A DNA stretch of 64,000 nucleotides from an uncultured Acidobacteriota bacterium. Lineage in GTDB: Bacteria; Acidobacteriota; Vicinamibacteria; Vicinamibacterales; CAVVIG01. Below, piece after piece: positions 10,500-19,758 of the stretch. The notes under the pieces are model-generated. The model made no database searches. It had not been told where the DNA came from and saw only the letters and a program-made list of their open reading frames with translations. The stretch is taken from positions 907,538-971,537 of the forward strand of contig CAVXGU010000003.1 in NCBI GenBank assembly GCA_963761615.1. The letters are read 5' to 3'. Each line of letters begins with the position of its first letter. Within the stretch, counting starts at the first letter, position 1. Made by a program: the position numbers and the translations under genes.

Positions 10500-11729
10500 C
10501 TACTCTCGCCGCAGCGCCTCGATCGGGTCCAGCCGGGCCGCGCGGAGGGCCGGATAGATCCCGAAGAAGAGGCCGACGAGGGCCGTGATGCCGATCCCCA
10601 GTCCCACCGACCAGAACCGGACCGTCGCCGGCACCGGCGTGAAGTACGCGATCGTCAGGGCGATGGTGGCGCCGAGCACGGTCCCGACGATGCCGCCGAA
10701 GACCGAGAGCACCACCGACTCGGTGAGCATCTGCGCCACGATGTCCGATCGCCGCGCGCCGAGGGCCTTGCGCAGGCCGATCTCCCGCGTCCGCTCCGAC
10801 ACGGCCATGAGCATGATGTTCATGATCACGATGCCGCCCACCACGAGCGAGAGCGCCACCACGCCGATGAGCACGGCGAAAATGCCGCTGGTGGCCGAGT
10901 GGTAGATGTTCAGGATCGTGTCCGACGTGAACAGGCCGAAGTTGTCGTCCTGGCGGGGCTTCAGCCGGCGCGCCATCCGCAGCGCGACGCGCGCCTGGTC
11001 CATCGCCGTCTCGAGCAGCGCGGGGCTGCGGGGCTTGACGGTGATCGACAGGCTCCGCTGCGATCCGAAGATCTGCTGAAACTGCCCCAGCGGGATGATG
11101 GCGAACGAGTCCTGCGACTGGCCGAGCACGGTGCCCTTTTTGGCGCTCACCCCGACCACGCGAAAGTGGATGCCGTTGATCTCGATGGTCTTGTCGATCG
11201 GGTTGACGCCGGAGCCGAAGAGCTGGTCGGCGATCTGCCAGCCGAGCACCGTGATGGGACGCGCCGTCTCGACCTCGATCGGGTTCATCAGGCGCCCCCG
11301 CTCGGCGTCGAACGAGGCGAAGTTGACGTAGTCGGGGGTCACGCCGCGGATCGTCGTGCGGTCGATCGACCGGTCGCGGTACGAGACGCTGCCCTGTCCC
11401 GTGGCGTCGGCCATCACCGCCTGCGCGAGGGTCGAATACCGCCGGATCGCCCGCATGTCCTGCATCGTCAGGCGCGGGTTGTTGCGCGTGAGGTCGAACT
11501 CACGGTCGCGGCGCGCCACCGGATACTGCTGGATGTTGAACGAGTCGGCGCCCGCCTGGCTCAGAATCGCGTCGGTCACCGAGGCGTTGAGCCCCTGCAC
11601 GAGCGAGACCACCGCGATGATCGACGTCACGGCGACGATGTTGCCGAGGACCGTCATCAGCGATCGCAGCTTCGACGACCAGATGGCGTCGATCGCGACT
11701 GCGGCCGACTCGTAGAGCTGATTGCGCAT
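10500..11729 (-). CDS. MacB/FtsX-family ABC permease (no NBD)
   Basis: VGGIVIMNIMLMAVSERTREIGLRKALGA and ARLDPIEALRRE. Confidence 0.93.
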   Translation of the reverse strand: MRNQLYESAAVAIDAIWSSKLRSLMTVLGNIVAVTSIIAVVSLVQGLNASVTDAILSQAGADSFNIQQYPVARRDREFDLTRNNPRLTMQDMRAIRRYSTLAQAVMADATGQGSVSYRDRSIDRTTIRGVTPDYVNFASFDAERGRLMNPIEVETARPITVLGWQIADQLFGSGVNPIDKTIEINGIHFRVVGVSAKKGTVLGQSQDSFAIIPLGQFQQIFGSQRSLSITVKPRSPALLETAMDQARVALRMARRLKPRQDDNFGLFTSDTILNIYHSATSGIFAVLIGVVALSLVVGGIVIMNIMLMAVSERTREIGLRKALGARRSDIVAQMLTESVVLSVFGGIVGTVLGATIALTIAYFTPVPATVRFWSVGLGIGITALVGLFFGIYPALRAARLDPIEALRRE

Positions 11730-13058
11730 CTACCCCTTGGTCGAGTTGTCGACCTTGACCGAATCGCCGTCCGCCATGCCCCGCACGGAATTGTACGGCC
11801 CGGTGATCACCTCGTCGCCGGCCTTGAGCCCCGAAAGGACTTCGAAGTACCGGTCGCCGGCGATGCCGATCTTGATCGGCACGAAGACGGCCTTCCCCTG
11901 GCGCACCACGAAGACCCCCTCGGTCTCCCTGCGCGTCTGCCCGGGCTTGAGGTCCACGGGATCCGTCGCCGCATCCGCCGGGCGCCGGTCGTGCGGCGGA
12001 GGCGGCACCACCTGCCCGCTGGCGTCGTAGACCAGCTCGCGGACCGCCACCGCCGGAATTGGAACCGAGACCACCGCGCTCCGCGTGGCGGTCGTGATGT
12101 CCGCCGCGCAGGTGAAGCCCGGCCGCACGTCGGGCACCTTGTCGTCGAGGACCACGACGACCTTGAAGTTCGTCGCCTGCGTGCTCGTGCCGGCCGCCGT
12201 CCCGGTCGCCTCGATCGGGCTGTTGCCGATCTCGGTCACGTGGCCGCGAAAGACATCGTCGGGCAGCGCGTCGATCGTGATCTTGGCGTGCTGGCCGATG
12301 GCGACGCTGGGGATGTTCGTCTCGTCGACCTGGACCTCGGCCTGGATGACCGACATGTCGGCGAGCGTCAGGAGGACCGTGCCGGCGTTGTTCATCGTGC
12401 CAATCACGGCCGTCTCGCCCTCCTGGATGTTCCGCCGCGTCACGATGCCGTCGATCGGCGACGTGATCGTGACCTTGCTCAGGTCGTAGCGGGCGCTCTC
12501 GAGCGATGCCCGCTGCTGATCGATCCGGCTCGCCTGCGCGTCGACCTGCTTCTGCCGCTCCTCGAGGGTCGACTGCGCGACCGCGACGTCGTTCTGCGCC
12601 TTGTCGAGGGCCTCGCGCGTCGCCAGCTGCTGTTTCCACAGGTCCTGCTGGCGCTTCAGGTTGAGCTGCACCTGCTCGAGCTGGACGCGCGCCGTCTGCA
12701 CGGACTGCCGCATCTGGGCGAGCGAGGCCTCGGCCTCCTGGAGCGAGGCCGTGCCGCTGTCGACCCGCGTCTTGAGCGAGCGCGGGTCGATCTGCAGCAG
12801 GAACTGTCCCTTGGTGACGCGGTCGCCCTCGTCGACGGCGAGATCGACGACGCGGCCGGAGGTGTCGGCGCTGATGTTGACGAGGCGCTTGGGCTGAATC
12901 GTACCCGACGCGGAGACGATCGCCTCCAGGTCGCGCTTCTGGACGACCTCGGTGGTCACCGTCGGACCCGACTGGCGCTTGAAGTACAGATTGGCGGCCA
13001 CCACCGCCGCGCCGAGCAGGACGATGGCCAGCGTGATGAGGACGTTCTTTCCTTTCAT
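11730..13058 (-). CDS. MacA/YknX-like periplasmic adaptor (membrane fusion protein)
   Basis: N-terminal TM, VDEGDRVTKGQFL lipoyl half, long coiled coil, ITSPIDGIV and VSVPIPAV. Confidence 0.93.
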   Translation of the reverse strand: MKGKNVLITLAIVLLGAAVVAANLYFKRQSGPTVTTEVVQKRDLEAIVSASGTIQPKRLVNISADTSGRVVDLAVDEGDRVTKGQFLLQIDPRSLKTRVDSGTASLQEAEASLAQMRQSVQTARVQLEQVQLNLKRQQDLWKQQLATREALDKAQNDVAVAQSTLEERQKQVDAQASRIDQQRASLESARYDLSKVTITSPIDGIVTRRNIQEGETAVIGTMNNAGTVLLTLADMSVIQAEVQVDETNIPSVAIGQHAKITIDALPDDVFRGHVTEIGNSPIEATGTAAGTSTQATNFKVVVVLDDKVPDVRPGFTCAADITTATRSAVVSVPIPAVAVRELVYDASGQVVPPPPHDRRPADAATDPVDLKPGQTRRETEGVFVVRQGKAVFVPIKIGIAGDRYFEVLSGLKAGDEVITGPYNSVRGMADGDSVKVDNSTKG

Positions 13059-13073
13059 CGTTTCGACACTCTC

Positions 13074-13790
13074 CTACGCGGACCGAATCGCGGCGACGAT
13101 GAGCGCGATGCCCGCATACACCGCGAGGAGGCCGAACGCGATCGGGCCGGTGCGCCGCTTGTAGAGCACGCCCAGGCCGATGGCGAGGCTCACCATCCAC
13201 CAAATCACGAACAGATCGATCGCGCCCAGCAGCCGCGCCGGGAACGACGTGTCGCCGAGCATCGGCAGGAACACCGCGAGCGTCGCGGGCGACGACATCG
13301 ACTGCCGCGCGTAGTCGAGGGGCAGCACGAACAGCTGCTGCAGCACGACGATGGCGCCGGAATGGACGACGACGGCGTACGCCTGCTTGAAGGTGCCGTC
13401 GGCGCCGAGGATCGCCACGAAGAGCGCGAACAGGAGGCCGGCGATGACGGCGGTAATGACGGGGAACGAGACCAGCTGGCCGGCGAGCGCGAAGTACCGC
13501 AGCCTCGGCAGCATGGCGACCAGCCGCTGATAGGCCTGATCCGGCACCTGCTGCCCGAAGCTCTCCATGACGCTCAGCTGCCGATCGAGGAGGGCGTGCT
13601 GGCCGACCTCGGTCGACAGGAAGACGAAGTTGGCCGAGGCCGTGATGGCGATGATCGTGGCCAGGGCGCCGAGCCAGCTCGGCCGTGCGGCCACCGCCGC
13701 GTAGGCGGCGCGGGGCGACGTCACGACGCGGACGAGACGCGGCGCCAAGCTCATCGGAACCGTCGGCGATGCGGAGGCGGGTTCGACCAT
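13074..13790 (-). CDS. YIP1/YknW-family membrane protein
   Basis: VVTSPRAAYAAVAARPSW start, ~5 TM helices, first gene of the adaptor-permease operon; start ATG 13790 chosen manually. Confidence 0.8.
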   Translation of the reverse strand: MVEPASASPTVPMSLAPRLVRVVTSPRAAYAAVAARPSWLGALATIIAITASANFVFLSTEVGQHALLDRQLSVMESFGQQVPDQAYQRLVAMLPRLRYFALAGQLVSFPVITAVIAGLLFALFVAILGADGTFKQAYAVVVHSGAIVVLQQLFVLPLDYARQSMSSPATLAVFLPMLGDTSFPARLLGAIDLFVIWWMVSLAIGLGVLYKRRTGPIAFGLLAVYAGIALIVAAIRSA

Positions 13791-13856
13791 GATGCGGCGA
13801 CTGACGCTCAATCTACCTATATACGACCGGTGTGACGCCCGTGTTCGTCATGCGGT

Positions 13857-14654
13857 TCAGTCCTGGCGGCCGAACTGCCAGACGGCCGGGGCGATGAACG
13901 CACAGGCCAGCACGCTCATGACGAGGACGTTCGTGCCCATCGGATGGAGCGTCAGGGCTTGCAGAATCGGTGCCGGCAGGCTGCCACCCAGGGCGGCGAC
14001 GCGCAGCGAGTCGACGCCGTAGGTGACCGGATCGAGACGCGCGAGCCACAGCATCCAGAGCGGCACGCCTCGCAGCGGGAAGAACGCGCCCGACAGGAAG
14101 AACATCGGCATCATCAGGAACTGCATGATCATCTGGAAGCCTTCCATCGTCCGCTGGCGGGCGGCGATGAGCAGGCCGAAGGCGGTCATCACCGTGGCGA
14201 GCAGCAGCATCAGGCCGAGGATCCCGACCACCTGGGCCGGTCCGAGGCGAACGCCCAGGACGGGCGCGAGCAGCAGCACGATGATGCCCTGGAACATCGC
14301 GACCGTCGCGCCCCCGGCGACCTTCCCGATCGCGACCGCGGCGCGCGAGACCGGCGCGACCATGACTTCCTTCAGGAACCCGAACTCGCGATCCCAGACG
14401 ACGGAGACCGCGGAGAAGATGGCGGTGAAGAGCACCGCCATCGCGATGATGCCGGGAAACATGAACTGGCGGAAGTCGAGCGCGCCGCCGCCCATGCCCT
14501 GCATCGCGGGAGCGAGGCCCGTGCCGAAGACGAACAGGTAGAGGAGCGGCTGGCCGAGCGACGCCATGATCCGCGCGCGGTCGCGCGAGAACCGCAGCAC
14601 GTCGCGGAACCAGATCGTGTAGGCGCCCTTGAGATCGCGAACGAGGCGGTGCAT
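13857..14654 (-). CDS. ABC-2 type exporter permease (DrrB/NodJ-like)
   Basis: Real start MHRLVRDLKGAYTIW at 14654; FMFPGIIAM, WDREFGFLKEVMVAPVSR and PMFFLSGAFFP. Confidence 0.92.
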   Translation of the reverse strand: MHRLVRDLKGAYTIWFRDVLRFSRDRARIMASLGQPLLYLFVFGTGLAPAMQGMGGGALDFRQFMFPGIIAMAVLFTAIFSAVSVVWDREFGFLKEVMVAPVSRAAVAIGKVAGGATVAMFQGIIVLLLAPVLGVRLGPAQVVGILGLMLLLATVMTAFGLLIAARQRTMEGFQMIMQFLMMPMFFLSGAFFPLRGVPLWMLWLARLDPVTYGVDSLRVAALGGSLPAPILQALTLHPMGTNVLVMSVLACAFIAPAVWQFGRQD

Positions 14655-14662
14655 GGCGGCTC

Positions 14663-15661
14663 CTAGCGCCGGCGCCCGGTCCACATCCGGGCGGCGAGGC
14701 GCAGCTGCTGCGTGGCATCGGCTTCCGAGGCGCGGATGGCGTGTCCGGTCAGCTTGATGAACACGTCCTCCAGCGTCGGGCGGCTGAGGTTGATGGTCTG
14801 GACGGTGATGGCATCGGGCCCGGCCCCGAGCCGGTCGATGAGCTGGGGGATGAAGTGGTCGCCGTCGCGCGTCTCCACGATGAGCTGGCCGTGGGGGCCG
14901 CTCCGGGTCTCGACGCCCGGCAGGCCCGCGAGGCGGGCCGCGGCCGCGGCGTCGTCGGAGGTGCGCATCGCGATGATGTCGCCGCCGACCAGGGCCTTGA
15001 GCTTCTCCGGCGTGTCGAGCGCGACGATCCGCCCGTGGTCGATCACGGCGATCCGGTCGCAGTGCTCGGCCTCGTCCATGTAGTGCGTCGTCATGAACAT
15101 GGTGACGCCCTCCTGCTTGCGCAGCTTCAGGAGGTACTCCCAGATGTGGCGCCGGGTCTGCGGATCGAGCCCGACCGTCGGCTCGTCGAGAAACAGCACC
15201 TTCGGGTGGTGGAGCAGGCCGCGCGCGATCTCGAGCCGCCGCTTCATGCCGCCCGAGAACGTGCGCACGATCTCCTTGGCCTTGTCGGCGAGGTCGACCA
15301 TCTGGAGCAGCTCGCCGGCCCTGGTCGAGAACACGTGCCGCGGCACGTCGTAGAGCATGGCGTGGAACCGCAGGTTCTCGAGGCCCGTGAGACGGTCGTC
15401 GAGGCTCGCGTCCTGGAAGATGATGCCGATCGACTGGCGGACGCGGTCGGGCTGGCGGGCGACGTCGAACCCGTTGATGACGGCCGACCCGCCCGTGGGC
15501 CGGAGCATCGTGCACAGCATGTTGATCGTCGTCGACTTGCCGGCGCCGTTCGGGCCGAGGAAGCCGAAGACCTCGCCCTGGCGGACCTCGAAGTCCACCC
15601 CGGCGACGGCGACGAAGTCGCCGAACTTGCGCTGCAACTGCCGTACGTCAATGGCGTTCAC
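14663..15661 (-). CDS. ABC exporter ATP-binding protein (DrrA-like)
   Basis: GPNGAGKST, FSGGMKRRLEIA, LFLDEPT and TTHYMDEAE. Confidence 0.95.
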   Translation of the reverse strand: MNAIDVRQLQRKFGDFVAVAGVDFEVRQGEVFGFLGPNGAGKSTTINMLCTMLRPTGGSAVINGFDVARQPDRVRQSIGIIFQDASLDDRLTGLENLRFHAMLYDVPRHVFSTRAGELLQMVDLADKAKEIVRTFSGGMKRRLEIARGLLHHPKVLFLDEPTVGLDPQTRRHIWEYLLKLRKQEGVTMFMTTHYMDEAEHCDRIAVIDHGRIVALDTPEKLKALVGGDIIAMRTSDDAAAAARLAGLPGVETRSGPHGQLIVETRDGDHFIPQLIDRLGAGPDAITVQTINLSRPTLEDVFIKLTGHAIRASEADATQQLRLAARMWTGRRR

Positions 15662-16136
15662 GGCGGGACCTCCTTCGGCCGGGCCGCCTGGCTCCGCAGG
15701 CGGGGGCGGCGGCGAACACGGTGCGCAGGACGGCGAGGCCGGCCTGCAGGCGGCGCGCGGAGGCGCGGTCGAGCGGCGCGAGGATCTCGGCGAGCCGCGC
15801 CTCGGCCGCCCGTCCGACGCGCTCGACGGCGGCCCGCCCGGCGGCGGTGACCTCGACGATGAGGACCCGGCGATCCTCGGGCGACGGCGTGCGGCGCACC
15901 CAGCCGCGCTGCAGCAGCGCGCTGACCGAGTTGGACATGGTCGGAAGACTGACGCCGCGCAGCGCCGCCAGCTCGCTGAGCGACCGCGGCTGCTGCGCGA
16001 GCATGGAGAGCAGGGCGAAGTGCGCCGGGAGCGGCAGCTCGCCGGCGGCGCGCAGCTCGGCGGCGACGGTCCGCATGACGAGCGGGATGATGGCGAGGAC
16101 GTCCTTGGCCGCGTCGCGCGCGAGGGTTCGGGTCAT
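15648..16136 (-). CDS. MarR-family transcriptional regulator
   Basis: wHTH SLSELAALRGVSLPTMSNSVSALLQRGWV..SPEDRRVLIVEVT. Confidence 0.9.
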   Translation of the reverse strand: MTRTLARDAAKDVLAIIPLVMRTVAAELRAAGELPLPAHFALLSMLAQQPRSLSELAALRGVSLPTMSNSVSALLQRGWVRRTPSPEDRRVLIVEVTAAGRAAVERVGRAAEARLAEILAPLDRASARRLQAGLAVLRTVFAAAPACGARRPGRRRSRRERH

Positions 16137-16170
16137 CGGGGACGCGCGGCCGATCGGGCCGCGCCAGACA

Positions 16171-16201
16171 ATTAGGCTACCTAATAATTAGCTCTCCTAA
16201 G
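16171..16201. promoter_or_regulatory. Tandem palindromic operator, probably bound by the MarR regulator
   Basis: ATTAGG-CTA-CCTAAT (16171-16185) and degenerate ATTAGCTCTCCTAAG (16187-16201); an AT-rich island ~35 bp upstream of the marR start. Confidence 0.7.
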
Positions 16202-16277
16202 CTATCACGGACGGCGCCGCGCCGCAAAAGGCGGCCCGCGACGCGGTCGTGCGGTGTGCCGCCGCGCGCCAGATTTC

Positions 16278-16306
16278 TTGACACCCGGAAACCGGGCCTT
16301 TACCAT
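16278..16306 (+). promoter_or_regulatory. sigma-70 promoter of pdaD
   Basis: TTGACA-17 bp-TACCAT, followed by RBS AAGGAG. Confidence 0.8.
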
Positions 16307-16335
16307 GCAGTGTTTCTTGGCTGAAGGAGCGTGAC

Positions 16336-16887
16336 GTGGTCGGATTCGTCCCCAAGGAGATGTTCTTCACGAAAGGGGTGGGCAAGCACCGCGAGAAGCT
16401 GACCTCCTTCGAGCTCGCGCTCCGCTCGGCCGGCATCGCGGCGTGCAACCTGGTCCGCGTCTCGAGCATCTTCCCGCCCAAGTGCCGGATCCTCTCGCGC
16501 GCCCAGGGCGCCAAGGGCCTCGAACCCGGACAGGTGACCTTCGTCGTCATGTCCGAGGCCGCCACCCGGGAGCCGCACCGCCTCATCGCCGCGACGGTGG
16601 GCGTCGCCATCCCGCGCGATCGAAGTCTTTACGGGTATTTGTCGGAGCATCACAGCTTCGGCGAAACCGAGGACGTCGCCGGCGACTACGCCGAGGAGCT
16701 CGCGGCGGAGATGCTCGCCACGACGCTCGGCCTCGAGTTCGACCCCGACAAGAGCTGGGACGAGAAGAAGGAGGTCTACCGCATGTCGAACGAGATCGTG
16801 CGGACCCAGAACATCACGCAAAGCGCCATCGGGGACAAGAAGGGACTGTGGACGACTGTCGTCGCCGCTGCCGTACTGGTCGGCTGA
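16336..16887 (+). CDS. pdaD: Pyruvoyl-dependent arginine decarboxylase
   Basis: SFELALRSAGIAACNLVRVSSIFP (Ser-Ser self-cleavage site), GYLSEHH and WTTVVAAAV. Confidence 0.92.
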   Translation: MVGFVPKEMFFTKGVGKHREKLTSFELALRSAGIAACNLVRVSSIFPPKCRILSRAQGAKGLEPGQVTFVVMSEAATREPHRLIAATVGVAIPRDRSLYGYLSEHHSFGETEDVAGDYAEELAAEMLATTLGLEFDPDKSWDEKKEVYRMSNEIVRTQNITQSAIGDKKGLWTTVVAAAVLVG

Positions 16888-17906
16888 TCGCCGCGTTTCT
16901 CGCTCCGCTCCTGTGCACGTGGGCCGCTCCGGCCCGCGCCCAATCCTTCGACAGTGTCGGCATCCGCGCCCAGGGCATGGCGGGCGCGTTCGTCGCCGTT
17001 GCCGACGATGCCACCGCCACGTGGTGGAACCCCGCCGGCCTGGCCACCGGCGCCCTCTTCGACGTCGACATCCTCCGCCAGAACACCTGGCGGCCCCGGG
17101 ATGTCGACACGGCCGCCCGCTCGGGCCTCCCGGCCGAGCAGGACACCCTCACCGGCTTCGCCGCCGCCTATCCCGCCCTCGGACTCAGCTATTACCGCTT
17201 CCGTATCCGTCAGGAGACGCCCTCCAGCTCTACAGATACAACCGCCACCGGCCGACAACAGGGAGGATTGGCCGGCGTGTCGTTCCAGGCCCTCAACCTG
17301 GCCCAGTACGGCGTGACGATGGGTCAGTCGGTGGGGCCCTACCTGGTCCTGGCGACCACGTTGAAGTTGATGCGCGCCGATATGGCGAGCGAAGACGTGG
17401 CGGCGGATCAGGCGTCGTTCGGACAGGTGAAGAGCCTCCAGGGCGACAAGACCGAGTCGCATGCCGGGCTCGACCTGGGTGTCATGGCGCATGCCGGGCC
17501 CGTCCGGCTGGGGCTGACGGTCAAGAACCTCCACGCCGTGACGTTCGGCGAGGGGGCGACCGCCCAGACGCTGGCGCGGGAAGTCCGGGCAGGAGCCGCG
17601 GTCACCACCCGTCGTGACGGCCTGTGGAACGGCTTCACGGTGGCGGGTGACTGGGACCTGACGCGCGCCGCCACCGTGTTCGGACAGGAACGGCGGATCG
17701 CCATCGGCGGCGAGACGTGGCTGTTGCAGCGGCATTTGGGCGTTCGTGGTGGGTGGTCGACCGACATTTCGGGTGAATCCCCCAACACCCTGTCGGGCGG
17801 TCTCAGCGTGACGGTCTGGACCGGCACATATCTAGAAGGCTTCGTGGCCTCTGGTGCCGATTCCGGCCTAAAGAGCTGGGGAACCGATCTTCGACTGACG
17901 TATTAG
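16848..17906 (+). CDS. Outer-membrane beta-barrel of the FadL/PorV/TraF_2-like superfamily
   Basis: GTG 16848 after AAGAAGGGA; signal peptide ending APARA; GIRAQGMAGAFVAVADDATATWWNPAGL hatch motif; C-terminal beta-signal DLRLTY. Confidence 0.8.
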   Translation: MDDCRRRCRTGRLIAAFLAPLLCTWAAPARAQSFDSVGIRAQGMAGAFVAVADDATATWWNPAGLATGALFDVDILRQNTWRPRDVDTAARSGLPAEQDTLTGFAAAYPALGLSYYRFRIRQETPSSSTDTTATGRQQGGLAGVSFQALNLAQYGVTMGQSVGPYLVLATTLKLMRADMASEDVAADQASFGQVKSLQGDKTESHAGLDLGVMAHAGPVRLGLTVKNLHAVTFGEGATAQTLAREVRAGAAVTTRRDGLWNGFTVAGDWDLTRAATVFGQERRIAIGGETWLLQRHLGVRGGWSTDISGESPNTLSGGLSVTVWTGTYLEGFVASGADSGLKSWGTDLRLTY

Positions 17907-17951
17907 GTCAAAACCGACGAAATTTGTCAGGCCGTACGAATCTGAGGCTCG

Positions 17952-19733
17952 ATGTCTGTCCGCATCGGTGAGCTCCTGCTCAAGGAGAAGCGCATCACTC
18001 CGGAGCAGCTCCAGCAGGCGCTGAACCACCAGAAGGCGTCAGGGGGGAAGCTCGGGTACAACCTCGTCGCGATGGGGTTCGTGAAGGACGAGGAGATCAC
18101 GTCCCTCCTGAGCAAGCAGTACGGCGTTCCGTCCATCAACCTGCGCCAGTTCGAGATCGACTCGGCCGTGGTCAAACTCATTCCGGCCGAGACCGCCCAG
18201 AAGTACCAGATCATCCCGCTCAGCCGCTCGGGCGCGACGCTGACGATCGCGATGACGGATCCCACCAACGTCTTCGCGATGGACGACATCAAGTTCATGA
18301 CCGGCTACAACGTGGAGCCGGTCGTCGCGTCCGAGGCGGCGGTGATCGAGGCGATTCAGAAGTACTACCCGACCTCGTCCATCGTCCCTCCCAAGGGCGG
18401 ACGCGGCCTGGCGACGCCGGTGCTGCAGTCGGGGCCGAGCACCCTCGAACTGGCCACCAAGGGCCTCGAGGAGATGCAGGCGCTCGAGGACTCGGGGGAC
18501 GTCGAGGTCCTGGAGGAGCTGCAGGAGATCAGCGCCGAAGCCCTGATGAAGCAGGGCGAGGAGGCGCCGGTCGTCCGCCTCGTGAACGTCGTGCTGATGT
18601 CGGCGATCCAGAAGGGGGCGAGCGACATCCACATCGAGCCCTACGAGAAGGAGCTGCGGGTGCGGTACCGCATCGACGGGATTCTCTACAACATCATGAG
18701 CCCGCCGCTGAAGTTCCGCGACGCGATCGTCTCGCGCGTGAAGATCATGTCGAAGCTCGACATCGCCGAGAAGCGGCTGCCGCAGGACGGGCGCATCAAG
18801 ATCCGCTTCAACGAGAACGGCGTGCCGAAGGAGATCGACTTCCGCATCTCCGTGCTGCCCACCCTCTTCGGCGAGAAGATCGTCATGCGTCTCCTCGACC
18901 GGGAGAAGCTGATGCTCGACATGACGAAGCTCGGCTTCGAGTCCGAGTCGCTGGTCAAGTTCGAGGCGGCGATCCAGCGGCCGTGGGGGATGGTCCTGGT
19001 GACGGGCCCCACGGGCAGCGGCAAGACGAACACGCTCTACTCGTCGATCTCGAAGATCAACACGCCGGAGACGAACATCATGACGGCGGAGGATCCCGTC
19101 GAATTCAACATTGCCGGCGTCAACCAGGTGCAGGTCCGGGAGAACATCGGGCTGAACTTCGCGGCGGCGCTGCGGTCGTTCCTGCGGCAGGATCCCAACA
19201 TCATCCTGGTCGGCGAGATCCGGGACTTCGAGACCGCGGAGATCGCGGTCAAGGCGGCGCTCACGGGCCACCTCGTGCTGTCGACGCTGCACACGAACGA
19301 CGCGCCCAGCACCATCAACCGCCTCATGAACATGGGCATCGAGCCCTTCCTGGTGGCAAGCTCCGTGCATCTGATCTGCGCGCAGCGGCTCGTGCGGCGC
19401 GTGTGCCACCACTGCAAGGAGCCCAGCCCGGTCCCTCCGGCGGCCCTGATCCAGGCGGGGTTCTCGCCCGAGGACGCCAACACGGTGACGCCGATAAAGG
19501 GTACGGGCTGCGAAAAGTGCAACCTGACGGGCTACAAGGGCCGCGTCGGGCTGTACGAGGTGATGGAGGTGACCGAGGACCTTCGCGAGCTCATTCTGGT
19601 CGGCGCCTCGGGGCTCGAGCTCCGGCGCAAGGCGGTCGACGACGGGATGATCACGCTCAGGCAGAGCGGGCTGCGGAAGGTGAAGGACGGCGTCACGACG
19701 CTCGACGAAGTCGTGCGCGAAACCGTGAAATAG
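17952..19733 (+). CDS. pilB: Type IVa pilus assembly ATPase PilB with N-terminal MshEN domain
   Basis: ASDIHIEP, GPTGSGKT, LRQDPNIILVGEIRD, STLHTN and CHHC...CEKC. Confidence 0.97.
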   Translation: MSVRIGELLLKEKRITPEQLQQALNHQKASGGKLGYNLVAMGFVKDEEITSLLSKQYGVPSINLRQFEIDSAVVKLIPAETAQKYQIIPLSRSGATLTIAMTDPTNVFAMDDIKFMTGYNVEPVVASEAAVIEAIQKYYPTSSIVPPKGGRGLATPVLQSGPSTLELATKGLEEMQALEDSGDVEVLEELQEISAEALMKQGEEAPVVRLVNVVLMSAIQKGASDIHIEPYEKELRVRYRIDGILYNIMSPPLKFRDAIVSRVKIMSKLDIAEKRLPQDGRIKIRFNENGVPKEIDFRISVLPTLFGEKIVMRLLDREKLMLDMTKLGFESESLVKFEAAIQRPWGMVLVTGPTGSGKTNTLYSSISKINTPETNIMTAEDPVEFNIAGVNQVQVRENIGLNFAAALRSFLRQDPNIILVGEIRDFETAEIAVKAALTGHLVLSTLHTNDAPSTINRLMNMGIEPFLVASSVHLICAQRLVRRVCHHCKEPSPVPPAALIQAGFSPEDANTVTPIKGTGCEKCNLTGYKGRVGLYEVMEVTEDLRELILVGASGLELRRKAVDDGMITLRQSGLRKVKDGVTTLDEVVRETVK

Positions 19734-19758
19734 CCGGCAGGGACGGGCCATTGCAGTC

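Noticed and set aside
9138-13835. 1565-aa plus-strand ORF and many other long overlapping ORFs (e.g. 6988..9213, 56694..58898, 52168..54507)
   Set aside because: Antisense or off-frame shadows of well-supported genes in high-GC DNA; Arg/Gly/Pro-rich with no recognisable motifs
16848-17906. TraF-like barrel as a sign of a conjugative element
   Set aside because: No relaxase, VirB4/VirD4, integrase or att sites; the motif is shared by many non-conjugative barrels
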